Assembly (NCBI GenBank): GCA_021648585.1
Contig: JAKISM010000001.1
Location: 1 to 46,206, forward strand
Length of the DNA: 46,206 nucleotides
Source of the DNA: Devosiaceae bacterium
GTDB taxonomy: Bacteria; Pseudomonadota; Alphaproteobacteria; Rhizobiales; Devosiaceae
Direction: 5' to 3'
Every line of letters starts with the position of its first letter. Within the stretch, counting starts at the first letter, position 1. The position numbers and the translations under genes were made by a program. Positions 1-11,483 of this stretch are shown here, in pieces. The notes under the pieces are model-generated. The model searched no databases. It was not told the DNA's origin and was given only the letters and a program-made list of their open reading frames with translations.

Positions 1-1098
1 AAAGTTTCTGATCGTCGTCCCAACTATTTATTAGTCAATGCCGATGAGTCCGAGCCGGGAACTTGTAAAGATAGAGAAATTTTACGCCATGAACCGCATC
101 TTTTAATTGAGGGTTGTTTGCTTGCCGCTCGTGGTATGGACGCGAATTTGGCATTTATATATGTGCGTGGTGAATTTATGCGTGAGCGCCAACGGCTCGA
201 AGCAGCAGTTGAAGAAGCGTATGATGCAAAGCTAATTGGCAAGAATAATATCCATGGTTGGGATCTCGATATAATCGTGCATCACGGGGCAGGGGCTTAT
301 ATTTGTGGTGAAGAAACTGCCATGATGGAAAGTATTGAAGGTAAAAAAGGCCAGCCACGCCTAAAACCACCTTTTCCTGCTGGCATTGGTATTTATGGCA
401 ACCCGACAACCGTTAATAATGTAGAATCTATTGCAGTTATTCCAGAAATTTTACGACGTGGTGGCGATTGGTTTGCAGGTTTTGGACGTGAGAATAATAC
501 TGGCACAAAACTATTTTGTGTTTCAGGACATGTGAATAATCCGAGCACCTTCGAAGAAGAAATGGGCGTTAATTTCAAGGAAATGATTGATAAACATTGC
601 GGTGGTATTCGTGGTGGTTGGGATAATCTTTTGGCAGTAATTCCCGGTGGCTCGTCCGTTCCTATGGTAAAAGCTGATTTAATTACCGATGCAACAATGG
701 ATTTTGATGGATTGCAAGAAGTTGGATCTTCGCTTGGCACTGCGGCAGTTATCGTTATGGATAATAGCACCGATATTATTAAGGCAATTTGGCGTTTGTC
801 CGCTTTTTATAAGCACGAGAGTTGTGGGCAATGCACGCCTTGTCGTGAAGGCACTGGCTGGATGATGCGCATTATGGAGCGTATGGTTGAGGGCAGGGCG
901 CAAAAACGTGAAATAGATATGTTGTTTGATATTACTAAGCAAATTGAGGGGCACACAATTTGTGCGCTTGGCGATGCGGCGGCATGGCCAATTCAAGGGC
1001 TGATTAAAAATTTCAGACACGTAATTGAAAAAAGAATTGATGATTACACTTATAATTCTGACAAAGATGGAGCTGTTAGCTCCATTGCGGCGGAATAG
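1..1098 (+). CDS. nuoF: NADH-quinone oxidoreductase subunit F (5' end outside window)
   Basis: Frame 1 is open from nt 1 ([33 protein letters not shown]...), upstream of the ORF-track start at 118. Contains [32 protein letters not shown] (NADH/FMN site) and [12 protein letters not shown] (4Fe-4S). It is followed by nuoG. Confidence 0.95.
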   Translation, partial: KVSDRRPNYLLVNADESEPGTCKDREILRHEPHLLIEGCLLAARGMDANLAFIYVRGEFMRERQRLEAAVEEAYDAKLIGKNNIHGWDLDIIVHHGAGAYICGEETAMMESIEGKKGQPRLKPPFPAGIGIYGNPTTVNNVESIAVIPEILRRGGDWFAGFGRENNTGTKLFCVSGHVNNPSTFEEEMGVNFKEMIDKHCGGIRGGWDNLLAVIPGGSSVPMVKADLITDATMDFDGLQEVGSSLGTAAVIVMDNSTDIIKAIWRLSAFYKHESCGQCTPCREGTGWMMRIMERMVEGRAQKREIDMLFDITKQIEGHTICALGDAAAWPIQGLIKNFRHVIEKRIDDYTYNSDKDGAVSSIAAE

Positions 1099-1109
1099 GG
1101 GTTTAGGGC

Positions 1110-3233
1110 ATGGCGCAAATTAAAGTTGATGGCAAATTGATTGAAGTTCCAGATCACTTCACGCTAATGCAAGCGGCAGAAGCGGCTGGGAATGAAATTC
1201 CTCGTTTTTGTTATCATGAACGTCTTTCAGTTGCTGGAAACTGCCGCATGTGTTTGGTTGAAGTAAAGGGCGGCCCACCAAAGCCACAAGCTTCTTGCGC
1301 TATGGGAGTTAAAGATTTACGCCCAGCACCCGATGGCTCACCGCCAGAAATGTTTACCAATAGCCCAATGGTTAAAAAGGCACGTGAAGGGGTGATGGAG
1401 TTTTTACTTATAAATCACCCGCTAGATTGCCCAATTTGCGATCAGGGTGGTGAATGTGATTTGCAAGATCAAGCAATAGCTTTTGGCTTTGATAAATCTC
1501 GCTATGAAGAGAAAAAGCGCATTGTCGATGAGAAATATCTAGGGCCATTAATTAAAACCATAATGACACGCTGCATTCATTGCACTCGTTGTGTGCGCTT
1601 TACAACCGAAGTTGCTGGAGTTTGTGAATTAGGACTGTTGGGGCGTGGAGAAGATGCTGAAATTACTCCTTATATTGAACGCGCCATGTCAAGCGAATTG
1701 CAAGGTAATGTAATTGATCTTTGCCCCGTTGGTGCGCTTACTTCAAGGCCTTATGCTTTCACTGCCCGCTCGTGGGAATTACATAAAACTGATAGCATTG
1801 ACGTAATGGACGCTGTTGGTTCTGCAATTCGCATTGATGCACGTGGTTCAGAAGTAATGCGTATAGTGCCAAGACTTAATGAAGATATTAATGAAGAATG
1901 GATTTCAGATAAAACTCGCTTCATTTGGGACGGCTTAAAAACTCAGCGTCTTGATAGACCCTATATTAAAAAGGGCAAAAAGCTGGTTGAGGCAAGTTGG
2001 GACGAGGCTCTTGGCACTGTTGCCAAAGCAATGAAAAAGGCTGGCAACAAAGTAGGGGCAATCGCTGGTGATCTTGCTGGCGTTGAAGAAATGTATGCGC
2101 TCAAGAAATTATTAGCATCTGTTGGTTCAAACAATGTTGATTGCCGTCCAATAAATTCAGCACTTGATGCTAATATTGATAGAAGTGCTTATATATTTAA
2201 CCCAAGCATTGCTGGTATTGAAGAGGCAGATGCGATTTTGATAATTGGTGCTAATCCTCGTTCTGAAGCAACAATATTAAATGCTCGTATAAGAAAAACA
2301 TGGCTAAAAAATAATATGCCGATTGCGCTGGTTGGTGAACAAACTGATCTAACTTATGATTATCAGCATTTGGGTGATGATGTTGATACGCTAAAAGCAT
2401 TGGCAACTGGCTCGCATAAGTTTAACAAAATCTTTAAAAAAGCTAAAAAACCTATCATTATTGTTGGCGAAAATGCAATTTCACATGCAGATGAAAGCAA
2501 AAAGCTTGGGCGTGATGTTTTAGCAATGGCTTTAATGGTTGCAAATAATGCAGGTGCATTCACAGATAGCTGGAATGGCTTTGCTTTGTTACATAATGCA
2601 GCAAGCAGAGTTGGTGGCCTAGATATTGGTTTTACCCCTCAAAATGGCGGTGTTTGCTCAGCGGATCAAATTAAATTGGCAGGCAAGGGCGAGCTTGATA
2701 TGTTGTTCTTGCTTGGCGCAGATGAATTTGACATGCAAGCAATGGGTGAGAGTTTTGTTGTCTATATTGGATCGCACGGTGATGCTGGAGCGCATAGAGC
2801 CGATGTTATTTTGCCAGCTTCAGCTTACACCGAAAAATCAGCCACTTATGTTAATTTAGAAGGGCGAGTGCAAATGAGCAACCGTGCTACTTTCCCACCC
2901 GGTGATGCAAAGGAAGATTGGGCGATTATTCGTGCTATTTCAGGTAAATTGGGCAAAGCATTGCCGTTTGATAATCTAAATGAATTACGCCAAGCGCTAT
3001 ATAGCGAGCACGAGCATTTAGCTAATATAAATGGCATAAATGCAGATAATATTTCAGCTAATATTTCTGCACTTAAAAAGCTGGCGAAAATTCCAGCTAA
3101 GGTTAAAAATGTTGAATTTATTTCAGCGGTTAAAAATTATTATCTCACAAATCCGATAGCACGTAGCTCAAAAACCATGGGGCAATGCGTGCAAGCGGCG
3201 AATGAGAGAGAACAAGCGGGGCAGGATAAATAA
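1110..3233 (+). CDS. nuoG: NADH-quinone oxidoreductase subunit G (707 aa)
   Basis: N-terminal Fe-S cysteine motifs are present: [47 protein letters not shown] and LCPVGALTS. Position in the nuo operon fits. Confidence 0.95.
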   Translation: MAQIKVDGKLIEVPDHFTLMQAAEAAGNEIPRFCYHERLSVAGNCRMCLVEVKGGPPKPQASCAMGVKDLRPAPDGSPPEMFTNSPMVKKAREGVMEFLLINHPLDCPICDQGGECDLQDQAIAFGFDKSRYEEKKRIVDEKYLGPLIKTIMTRCIHCTRCVRFTTEVAGVCELGLLGRGEDAEITPYIERAMSSELQGNVIDLCPVGALTSRPYAFTARSWELHKTDSIDVMDAVGSAIRIDARGSEVMRIVPRLNEDINEEWISDKTRFIWDGLKTQRLDRPYIKKGKKLVEASWDEALGTVAKAMKKAGNKVGAIAGDLAGVEEMYALKKLLASVGSNNVDCRPINSALDANIDRSAYIFNPSIAGIEEADAILIIGANPRSEATILNARIRKTWLKNNMPIALVGEQTDLTYDYQHLGDDVDTLKALATGSHKFNKIFKKAKKPIIIVGENAISHADESKKLGRDVLAMALMVANNAGAFTDSWNGFALLHNAASRVGGLDIGFTPQNGGVCSADQIKLAGKGELDMLFLLGADEFDMQAMGESFVVYIGSHGDAGAHRADVILPASAYTEKSATYVNLEGRVQMSNRATFPPGDAKEDWAIIRAISGKLGKALPFDNLNELRQALYSEHEHLANINGINADNISANISALKKLAKIPAKVKNVEFISAVKNYYLTNPIARSSKTMGQCVQAANEREQAGQDK

Positions 3234-4330
3234 TGGAATTTATAGTTTCAGCTTTAGATTATTTGCTTGGCATTCCATTTTTGGGATGGGGCGAGAATAT
3301 TGGTTTTATTTATAAGGGGCTATTATTATTAGTTGCCTTGTTAATTTTCATTGCATTCATTTTGCTTGCCGATCGTAAAATTTGGGCGGCAGTGCAAATG
3401 CGACGTGGGCCGAACGTGGTTGGGCCTTTAGGCCTGTTCCAATCATTTGCCGATTTGCTAAAATTTGTGTTCAAAGAGCCAACAATTCCAGCCTCTTCTG
3501 ACAAGTTTCTATTCCTATTAGCACCATTTATCACCGTGATGTTAGCGCTTGCGGCTTGGGCAGTTATCCCGCTAGATTATGGTCTGGCACTGGCTGATAT
3601 TAATGTTGGAATTTTATATATTCTCGCCATATCATCGCTTAGCGTCTATGGCATTATTATTGGCGGCTGGGCATCAAATTCTAAATATCCATTCCTCTCA
3701 GCGCTTCGTTCAGCGGCACAAATGGTCTCGTACGAAGTATCCATTGGCTTTGTGATTGTTACGGTTCTGTTGCTAGTTGGCTCGCTTAATCTCACCGATA
3801 TTGTTATTGCGCAAAGTGAAATGGGGTTAGCCTATATGCTTGGTGTGCCATGGATGAATTTTCTCAATTGGTTCTGGTTGCCGCTATTCCCAATGTTTGT
3901 AATTTTCTTTATATCATTGCTTGCCGAAACTAACCGCCCACCATTTGATTTGCCAGAAGCTGAAAGTGAATTGGTTGCGGGTTTCATGGTCGAATATGGC
4001 TCAACTCCTTATATGATGTATATGCTTGGTGAATATGTGTCGATTGTTTTAATGTGCGCTTTGACCGTGATTTTGTTTATGGGTGGCTGGGCAGCCCCAC
4101 TAGAAATTGCACCATTTACTTGGGTTCCGGGAATGGTTTGGTTCATTCTAAAAGTTGGCATGGTATTCTTTATGGTATCTATTGTTAAAGCATTTGTGCC
4201 CCGTTATCGTTATGACCAACTAATGCGTTTGGGCTGGAAAGTGTTTTTACCAATTTCAATTTTCATGATTTTTGTCGTGGCCTTAGTGCTACAGCTTACG
4301 GGCTGGGGCTGGCATGGCGGATTGGCGTGA
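3233..4330 (+). CDS. nuoH: NADH-quinone oxidoreductase subunit H
   Basis: Polytopic membrane protein with [21 protein letters not shown] and [24 protein letters not shown] motifs. Its ATG overlaps the nuoG stop (TAATG). Confidence 0.93.
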   Translation: MEFIVSALDYLLGIPFLGWGENIGFIYKGLLLLVALLIFIAFILLADRKIWAAVQMRRGPNVVGPLGLFQSFADLLKFVFKEPTIPASSDKFLFLLAPFITVMLALAAWAVIPLDYGLALADINVGILYILAISSLSVYGIIIGGWASNSKYPFLSALRSAAQMVSYEVSIGFVIVTVLLLVGSLNLTDIVIAQSEMGLAYMLGVPWMNFLNWFWLPLFPMFVIFFISLLAETNRPPFDLPEAESELVAGFMVEYGSTPYMMYMLGEYVSIVLMCALTVILFMGGWAAPLEIAPFTWVPGMVWFILKVGMVFFMVSIVKAFVPRYRYDQLMRLGWKVFLPISIFMIFVVALVLQLTGWGWHGGLA

Positions 4331-4341
4331 GGGGTAAGAAA

Positions 4342-4830
4342 ATGAGAGCATTACAATTTCTAAATTCACTGCTTTTGAGAGAATTTGTTTCGGCATTTTT
4401 CCTCTCAATGCGCTATTTCTTTTCGCCAAAAGCCACGATATATTATCCGTTTGAAAAAGGGCCAGTTTCACCTCGTTTTCGTGGTGAACATGCGCTAAGG
4501 CGCTATCCCAATGGAGAAGAGCGGTGCATTGCTTGTAAATTATGCGAAGCGATTTGCCCAGCGCAAGCTATAACTATTGAAGCTGGCGTGCGTGAGAGCG
4601 ATGGCACAAGGCGCACTACACGTTATGATATTGATATGACCAAATGTATCTATTGCGGATTTTGTCAAGAGGCGTGCCCAGTTGATGCGATTGTTGAAGG
4701 GCCAAATTTTGAATTTGCCACTGAAACACGAGAAGAATTATTTTACGACAAAGATAAATTGCTAGATAATGGCGATAGATGGGAACGTGAATTGGCTAAT
4801 AATATTAAACTAGACGCACCGTACCGATGA
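4342..4830 (+). CDS. nuoI: NADH-quinone oxidoreductase subunit I (162 aa)
   Basis: Two ferredoxin-type motifs, [12 protein letters not shown] and [13 protein letters not shown] prefer the ATG at 4342, preceded by GAGGGG, over the GTG at 4327 used by the ORF track. Confidence 0.92.
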   Translation: MRALQFLNSLLLREFVSAFFLSMRYFFSPKATIYYPFEKGPVSPRFRGEHALRRYPNGEERCIACKLCEAICPAQAITIEAGVRESDGTRRTTRYDIDMTKCIYCGFCQEACPVDAIVEGPNFEFATETREELFYDKDKLLDNGDRWERELANNIKLDAPYR

Positions 4831-4840
4831 GAGAGAAAAA

Positions 4841-5452
4841 ATGACCTTAACACTATTCTTTTTCTACCTATTTTCAACCGTGTTGATTGCATCAGCTGTG
4901 ATGGTTGTTGCCTCACGCAATCCAGTTCACTCTGTGTTGTTTTTAATATTGGCATTTTTCAATGCGGCAGGTCTATTTTTGATTGCTGGCGCTGAATTTT
5001 TGGCGATGGTTTTAGTCATTGTTTATGTTGGTGCGGTTGCGGTTTTATTTCTGTTTGTTGTGATGATGCTCGATATAGATTTTGCTAAGATGCGAAAAGG
5101 CATATTACAATATATGCCGATAGGGGCATTTATCGGGATAATATTGTTTTTAGAATTGGTGTTGGTTGCTGGTTCTTGGATTATGTTACCAGAAATTGCC
5201 AGTTCAAGCGCAATGCCAATAGATAATAGTATTTCAAATACTAAAGCATTGGGGCAAGTTCTATACACTCGTTATGTGTTCTTATTTCAAGGGGCAGGAA
5301 TTATTTTGCTAATTGCAATGATTGGGGCGATTGTTCTTACCTTGCATCACAAGCCCAATGTTAAACGCCAAGATATTGCTGATCAGGTGGCACGTGATCC
5401 CAAAAAAGCAGTTGAAGTGGTCAAAGTTAAAAGCGGTGAGGGTTTGCAATAA
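4841..5452 (+). CDS. nuoJ: NADH-quinone oxidoreductase subunit J
   Basis: 203-aa hydrophobic protein in the expected operon slot between nuoI and nuoK, with typical NuoJ-like TM segments ([32 protein letters not shown]). Confidence 0.9.
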   Translation: MTLTLFFFYLFSTVLIASAVMVVASRNPVHSVLFLILAFFNAAGLFLIAGAEFLAMVLVIVYVGAVAVLFLFVVMMLDIDFAKMRKGILQYMPIGAFIGIILFLELVLVAGSWIMLPEIASSSAMPIDNSISNTKALGQVLYTRYVFLFQGAGIILLIAMIGAIVLTLHHKPNVKRQDIADQVARDPKKAVEVVKVKSGEGLQ

Positions 5453-5760
5453 TGGAAATAGAAATTGGACATTATTTAGTCGTAGGTGCAATATTATTCA
5501 CCATTGGGGTTTTTGGAATTTTCTTAAACCGCAAGAACGTCATTATTATTCTTATGTCAATCGAGTTAATCTTGCTTGCTGTGAATATAAATTTCGTAGG
5601 CTTTAGCGCATCATTAAATGATATAGCGGGGCAGGTTTTTGCTTTGCTTATTTTAACGGTGGCGGCGGCAGAGGCGGCGATTGGTTTGGCGATATTAGTT
5701 GTATTCTTTAGAAATCGTAACTCAATTTCAGTTGACGATGTCAATGTGATGAAGGGGTAG
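5452..5760 (+). CDS. nuoK: NADH-quinone oxidoreductase subunit K
   Basis: 102-aa 3-TM protein containing [16 protein letters not shown] and [16 protein letters not shown]. Its start overlaps the nuoJ stop (TAATG). Confidence 0.92.
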   Translation: MEIEIGHYLVVGAILFTIGVFGIFLNRKNVIIILMSIELILLAVNINFVGFSASLNDIAGQVFALLILTVAAAEAAIGLAILVVFFRNRNSISVDDVNVMKG

Positions 5761-5764
5761 GGGC

Positions 5765-7726
5765 ATGATACAGGCGATTGTCTTTTTCCCATTAATTGGG
5801 GCGCTAATTGCAGGTTTTTTTGGCCATAAGATTGGTCATAGAGCTTCTGAAATTATCACTTCTGGCTTGTTGGTTGCAGCTGCTATTCTTTCTTGGATAA
5901 TTTTTATTCCAATAGCTTTTGGCTCGGGTGCTGGCGAGGTAGTTAAAGTTGAAATTATGCGCTGGGTGCAAGTTGGTGATTTAGATTTGCGCTGGATATT
6001 GCGCCTTGATACGCTTACTGCCGTGATGTTGGTGGTTGTGACTTCTGTTTCCTCGCTCGTACATATATATTCCATTGGTTATATGGCGGACGATCCATCT
6101 CGCTCTCGCTTTTTTGCCTATCTCTCATTATTTACCTTCGCCATGCTTATGCTGGTAACGGCTGATAATATGTTGCAAATGTTCTTTGGCTGGGAGGGCG
6201 TTGGCCTTGCCTCATATTTGCTTATTGGTTTTTGGTATAAAAAGCCTTCGGCAAATGCCGCCGCTATTAAAGCATTTGTTGTTAATAGGGTTGGGGATTT
6301 TGGTTTTGCGCTTGGTATATTTGGCGCATTCGTATTGCTTGGCTCGATTGATTTTGACACGGCATTTAGTGCCGTTGATGGTGCAAAAAGCGTAAGCGTG
6401 AGTTTTTTTGGCGCTGAATTAGATGCGCTAACCATTGTTGCTCTATTATTATTTATGGGTGCGATGGGAAAATCTGCACAATTCTTGCTCCATACTTGGC
6501 TTCCCGATGCTATGGAAGGCCCAACTCCTGTTTCAGCGCTCATTCATGCCGCAACAATGGTGACAGCTGGCGTATTTATGGTAGCTCGCCTGAGCCCAAT
6601 TTTTGACGCTTCTCCCTTTGCAATGTCGGTTGTTTTGATTGTTGGCGCAATAACAGCATTTTTTGCCGCAACTGTTGGTTTGGTGCAAAATGATATTAAG
6701 CGAGTAATCGCCTATTCAACTTGCTCGCAACTTGGTTATATGTTTGTGGCGCTTGGCGCTGGGGCTTATACGGCTGGTATTTTCCATCTATTCACACACG
6801 CTTTCTTTAAGGCGCTATTATTCTTAGGGGCAGGCTCGGTTATTCATGCCATGCACCACGAGCAAGATATGCGTAAAATGGGCGGTTTGCGCAAAAAAAT
6901 CCCGCTAACTTACGCCATGATGCTAATAGGAACTTTAGCGCTTACGGGTGTTGGTATTCCGGGGACTTCATTTGGTTTTGCTGGTTTCTTCTCAAAAGAC
7001 AGCATAATTGAAGCGGCATATGCAGTTGATGGCTGGCAAGGTACATTTGCATTTTGGTCATTAGTTATTGCCGCATTATTCACCAGCTTTTATTCTTGGC
7101 GCTTAATTCACATGACCTTTCATGGCAAAACTCGTGCTGAGCAACATACCTATGAAAAAGCACATGAAAGCCCAATTTCAATGATGATGCCGCTTTATTT
7201 ATTAGCCATTGGCTCAGTAGTTGCAGGGTTTTTATTCTATGATCAATTCTTTGGTAAAGAAAAATATATCGAAGGCTTCTTTGGTCAATCAATTATTATC
7301 AGTTATGCAATTATTGATGCAGCGCACAATGTGCCAACTTGGGTAAAATGGTCAGCAACTTATGCCATGATGCTAGGCTTTGTAACCGCTTTATGGATGT
7401 ATATGCTTGCGCCATCGGTGCCAAACAAGTTGGCAAAAGCTACGCCGTTTCTATATAGGTTCTTGCTCAATAAATGGTATTTTGACGAATTATATGATGC
7501 GATTTTTGTTAGGCCATCATTTCGTATTGGTAATTACCTATGGAAGAAAATGGACGATAAATTGATAGATGATATGATTGTTGAGGGTTTGGGTCGTAGA
7601 GTTAAATCTATAACTGGTAGAGTTGTTAAAATGCAATCTGGTTATCTATATCATTATGCCTTTGCAATGTTAATCGGAATTGCCGCACTTTTGACGTGGA
7701 TGGTTGTTGCAGGGGGGCTGATATAA
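5765..7726 (+). CDS. nuoL: NADH-quinone oxidoreductase subunit L (653 aa)
   Basis: Antiporter-like subunit with [19 protein letters not shown] and [29 protein letters not shown]. Operon position fits. Confidence 0.94.
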   Translation: MIQAIVFFPLIGALIAGFFGHKIGHRASEIITSGLLVAAAILSWIIFIPIAFGSGAGEVVKVEIMRWVQVGDLDLRWILRLDTLTAVMLVVVTSVSSLVHIYSIGYMADDPSRSRFFAYLSLFTFAMLMLVTADNMLQMFFGWEGVGLASYLLIGFWYKKPSANAAAIKAFVVNRVGDFGFALGIFGAFVLLGSIDFDTAFSAVDGAKSVSVSFFGAELDALTIVALLLFMGAMGKSAQFLLHTWLPDAMEGPTPVSALIHAATMVTAGVFMVARLSPIFDASPFAMSVVLIVGAITAFFAATVGLVQNDIKRVIAYSTCSQLGYMFVALGAGAYTAGIFHLFTHAFFKALLFLGAGSVIHAMHHEQDMRKMGGLRKKIPLTYAMMLIGTLALTGVGIPGTSFGFAGFFSKDSIIEAAYAVDGWQGTFAFWSLVIAALFTSFYSWRLIHMTFHGKTRAEQHTYEKAHESPISMMMPLYLLAIGSVVAGFLFYDQFFGKEKYIEGFFGQSIIISYAIIDAAHNVPTWVKWSATYAMMLGFVTALWMYMLAPSVPNKLAKATPFLYRFLLNKWYFDELYDAIFVRPSFRIGNYLWKKMDDKLIDDMIVEGLGRRVKSITGRVVKMQSGYLYHYAFAMLIGIAALLTWMVVAGGLI

Positions 7727-9237
7727 TGATTTTTGCCAATAATATTCTCACCATCATTACGTTTTTGCCACTTTTAGGTGCGCTATTTGTAATGATTGTA
7801 CCGGGAAATGATAGGTTAGCCTATGCCAATATTAAGCGCATTGCACTGGTTACAACGCTAGTTACTTTTGCTCTTACTTTAGTTATGTGGTCGATGTTTG
7901 ACCCGCAAAATACCTCGTTTCAATTTGTGCAAAATCACGAATGGATAGGCAATGTAATTGGTTATCGTATGGGGGTTGATGGCATTTCAGTGCTGTTTGT
8001 TGTGCTTACTGGTTTGCTTATGCCAATGGCGATTTTAGCTGGTTGGGATAGTGTAACAAAGCGAGTTCGTGAATATATGATAGCGTTCCTTGTGCTTGAA
8101 ACACTAATGCTTGGCGTGTTCACTACGCTTGATTTAGCAATGTTCTATGTGTTCTTTGAGGGCGGTTTAATACCAATGTTCTTAATCATTGGTATTTGGG
8201 GCGGCAAAAACCGTGTTCAAGCATCATATAAATTCTTTTTCTATACGTTTGTTGGCTCGGTTTTAATGTTGTTGGCTATCATGGCGATGTATTGGTATGC
8301 AGGCACGCTTGATATTACAAAACTATTAAAAGTTCAGTTCCCACCCGAAATGCAAATATGGCTGTGGATTGCTTTCTTTGCTTCTTTTGCAGTCAAAATG
8401 CCTATGTGGCCGTTTCATCGTTGGTTGCCAGAAGCACACGTGCAAGCGCCAACTGCTGGCTCGGTAATCTTGGCGGCTATCCTGCTTAAAATGGGCGGCT
8501 ATGGTTTTTTGCGCTTTTCATTACCAATGTTTCCAGATGCATCACTTTATTTCGCCGATTTCGTATTTTTCCTCTCGGTTGCCGCAATCATTATAACTTC
8601 GCTAATTGCTCTAGTTCAGACAGATATTAAAAAGCTAATCGCTTATTCTTCTGTTGCTCACATGGGCTTCGTTACAATGGGAATTTTCACTGCTAATGTT
8701 TACGGTATTGAGGGCGCAATATTTCAAATGATATCGCATGGCTTTATTTCGGGTGCTTTGTTTATTTCGGTTGGGGTAATTTACGATCGAATGCACACTC
8801 GTGAGATTTTAGCCTATGGTGGCTTGGTCGAAAAAATGCCCAAATACGCTTTTGCCTTTATGGTATTTACTATGGCAAATGTTGGCCTGCCGGGAACTTC
8901 GGGTTTTGTCGGTGAGTTTTTGGTTTTAATTGCGATTTTCCAAGTTAATGTATGGTTTGCCGCTGTTGCAACCTTAGGGGTTATTCTTTCTGCAGCTTAT
9001 GCGCTTTGGCTTTATCGACGAGTGATTTTTGGTGCATTAACAAAAGAATCGCTGAAATCCATTCTTGATATGAACCCTCGTGAGATGGCAGTGATAGTGC
9101 CGCTTCTTATCTTAACGATATTATTTGGGTTCTATCCCGCTCCAATTCTTGACACTATTGCTCCATCTGTAGAAGCATTAGTCAATCAAATATCTCAATC
9201 AGTTGGCATGGGCGCTGAGCCTATATTGCCACATTAG
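7726..9237 (+). CDS. nuoM: NADH-quinone oxidoreductase subunit M (503 aa)
   Basis: Antiporter-like subunit with [31 protein letters not shown] prefer the ATG at 7726, overlapping the nuoL stop (TAATG), over the track start at 7696, which lies inside nuoL. Confidence 0.93.
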   Translation: MIFANNILTIITFLPLLGALFVMIVPGNDRLAYANIKRIALVTTLVTFALTLVMWSMFDPQNTSFQFVQNHEWIGNVIGYRMGVDGISVLFVVLTGLLMPMAILAGWDSVTKRVREYMIAFLVLETLMLGVFTTLDLAMFYVFFEGGLIPMFLIIGIWGGKNRVQASYKFFFYTFVGSVLMLLAIMAMYWYAGTLDITKLLKVQFPPEMQIWLWIAFFASFAVKMPMWPFHRWLPEAHVQAPTAGSVILAAILLKMGGYGFLRFSLPMFPDASLYFADFVFFLSVAAIIITSLIALVQTDIKKLIAYSSVAHMGFVTMGIFTANVYGIEGAIFQMISHGFISGALFISVGVIYDRMHTREILAYGGLVEKMPKYAFAFMVFTMANVGLPGTSGFVGEFLVLIAIFQVNVWFAAVATLGVILSAAYALWLYRRVIFGALTKESLKSILDMNPREMAVIVPLLILTILFGFYPAPILDTIAPSVEALVNQISQSVGMGAEPILPH

Positions 9238-9248
9238 GAAAATACGAT

Positions 9249-10694
9249 ATGAACTCTGATATTATTAGCTTTTCTTCATTAGCGCCAATCTTTCCTGAGC
9301 TGATTTTAACCATTGGGGCGTTTGCCATTCTTATGGCTGGCGTATTTATGAAAAAGCAGGTTAGCGCTAGTCTTGTTGGCGTAGCAATCGGACTTTTAGT
9401 AGCCGTTGCCGCTCTTATATTAGTATTCCCATCTGATGGCGTAATATTAAATGGTGGTTTTATTCAAGATAGTTTTGCCCGCTATATGAAGGTTTTGGTT
9501 TTAGCAGGTTCTGCTTTTGCCTTAGTGCTTTCGCTTTCTAGTGCAAATGAAAATGCCCTTGATAAGTTTGAATATCCAGTGCTTATTTTGTTTGCAACTA
9601 TTGGCATGATGATTATGATTTCTGCCAATGATTTAATGTCACTTTATATTGGCCTAGAAATGCAGGCTTTATCGCTTTATATTATTGCGGCAATGAAGCG
9701 TGAAAGTTCAAAAGCTAGTGAAGCTGGTTTGAAATATTTTGTGCTTGGCGCATTATCTTCTGGCATGTTGCTTTATGGCGCTTCGCTGGTTTATGGCTTT
9801 ACTGGACAAACACAACTAGATGAAATTGCAAAAATCATCGCACTTGGCGATAGATCAATCGGGCTGGTTTTTGGTTTGGTATTCTTGCTTGCAGGCCTAT
9901 CCTTCAAAATTTCAGCCGTGCCATTTCATATGTGGACACCAGATGTTTATGAAGGTGCGCCAACTCCTGTTACTGCATTTTTTGCCTCTGCGCCAAAAAT
10001 TGCAGCTTTAGCCTTGTTAATCCGTGTAGTAACCCAAGGTTTTGAGCCAATATCAAGCGATTGGCAACAAGTGATTATTTTCCTATCCATTGCTTCAATG
10101 GTGTTGGCGGCATTTGCGGGCATTGGGCAAAAAAACCTTAAACGATTAATTGCTTATTCTTCCATTGGACATATTGGTTTTGCCTTAGTCGGGCTTAGCG
10201 CTGGCTCGCTAGTTGGCGTGCAGGGGGTTGCTATTTATATGGCAATTTACCTCACTATGACACTTGGTCTTTTTGCCGCTATCCTGTCGTTAAAATACGA
10301 CAATATTTATGTTGAGGATGTTTCTGATCTTGCAGGTTTAGCGCAAACACGACCCTTTGTTGCCGCAATGATTGCAGTATTTATGTTCTCACTAATTGGC
10401 TTGCCCCCACTAGCTGGTTTCTTTGCTAAGTGGCATGTTTTTCTAGCGGCGATTGAAGCGCAATTATTTGTTTTAGCGGTAATTGGTGTGCTTGCGAGTG
10501 CTATTGGTGCTTTTTATTATCTTAGAGTGATAAAGACTATGTATTTTGATGAACCGGTTCACCAGTTTGCACCCATTCCAGGTGAATTGCGCTTTATAAT
10601 GGGGATTGCTGGGTTTCTTATAATTACATATTATCTCACTGTTGGCGCTCCGTTGGCAAATATTGCTCGCTCTGCCGTTTCTAGCCTTTTTTAA
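9249..10694 (+). CDS. nuoN: NADH-quinone oxidoreductase subunit N
   Basis: 481-aa antiporter-like membrane protein with FHMWTPDVYEGAPTPVTAFF. It is the last gene of the nuo cluster. Confidence 0.93.
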   Translation: MNSDIISFSSLAPIFPELILTIGAFAILMAGVFMKKQVSASLVGVAIGLLVAVAALILVFPSDGVILNGGFIQDSFARYMKVLVLAGSAFALVLSLSSANENALDKFEYPVLILFATIGMMIMISANDLMSLYIGLEMQALSLYIIAAMKRESSKASEAGLKYFVLGALSSGMLLYGASLVYGFTGQTQLDEIAKIIALGDRSIGLVFGLVFLLAGLSFKISAVPFHMWTPDVYEGAPTPVTAFFASAPKIAALALLIRVVTQGFEPISSDWQQVIIFLSIASMVLAAFAGIGQKNLKRLIAYSSIGHIGFALVGLSAGSLVGVQGVAIYMAIYLTMTLGLFAAILSLKYDNIYVEDVSDLAGLAQTRPFVAAMIAVFMFSLIGLPPLAGFFAKWHVFLAAIEAQLFVLAVIGVLASAIGAFYYLRVIKTMYFDEPVHQFAPIPGELRFIMGIAGFLIITYYLTVGAPLANIARSAVSSLF

Positions 10695-11483
10695 GTGAAA
10701 GATTTTTGCCTCTCAACTTTAGCGATAAAGGCAAATTACAAATTAGTGCAATTTGAAGAAACTAACTCGACCAATAAACAAGCAATGTTGGCGGCAACGC
10801 AGGGGCATAATGAAAATACTTGGTTTGTTACAAAAAAACAAAGTGCAGGAAAAGGGCGCTTGGGTCGTGATTGGCAATCTTTAGAGGATAATTTAGCAAC
10901 CTCACTTTTATTGCAAGTAGAGCTTGATCCCAATAAATGCGCCATGCTTGGCTTTGTTGCAGGAGTTGCGCTTATCAGAGCGCTTAAGGGTTTTGATAAG
11001 GAAATTGAAGCGAAATTAAAATGGCCAAATGATGTGCTGCTTAATGGTGCTAAATTGGCTGGAATTTTGCTTGAAATGCAACCATTCAAAAATGGCAAAC
11101 AGGCTATTGTAATTGGCTTTGGGGTAAATGTTGCGAGCGCACCAACTGGTTTGCCATATACTGCAACTAGCCTAAATGAGCATGGGCTTGATATAGATTG
11201 TAAGCAATTATTCATGGCGTTGAGTGAGAGCTTTGTACAAGTCTTTGATGTTTTCATGAAGAATGAGCATGAAATAATAAGAGAATGGCAACAAAATAGT
11301 GCAGGCCTTGGCAAAGAAATATCTATTATAAATAATGGCATAACAATCAATGGCATATTTGAGAATATTGATGAAACTGGCCGTTTGATAATAAAATTAG
11401 CAAATGGCGAAAAACAATATATAAGTGCTGGAGATATGCAATTAGGCGCTACAACTAATAAAAGGGAAAATAATGGCAAATAA
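10695..11483 (+). CDS. birA: Biotin-[acetyl-CoA-carboxylase] ligase, no N-terminal HTH (group I BirA)
   Basis: Contains GKGRLGRDWQS (the GRGRxGRxW biotin/ATP loop) and KWPNDVLLNGAKLAGILLE. The GTG start immediately follows the nuoN stop. At 262 aa there is no room for a DNA-binding domain. Confidence 0.88.
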   Translation: MKDFCLSTLAIKANYKLVQFEETNSTNKQAMLAATQGHNENTWFVTKKQSAGKGRLGRDWQSLEDNLATSLLLQVELDPNKCAMLGFVAGVALIRALKGFDKEIEAKLKWPNDVLLNGAKLAGILLEMQPFKNGKQAIVIGFGVNVASAPTGLPYTATSLNEHGLDIDCKQLFMALSESFVQVFDVFMKNEHEIIREWQQNSAGLGKEISIINNGITINGIFENIDETGRLIIKLANGEKQYISAGDMQLGATTNKRENNGK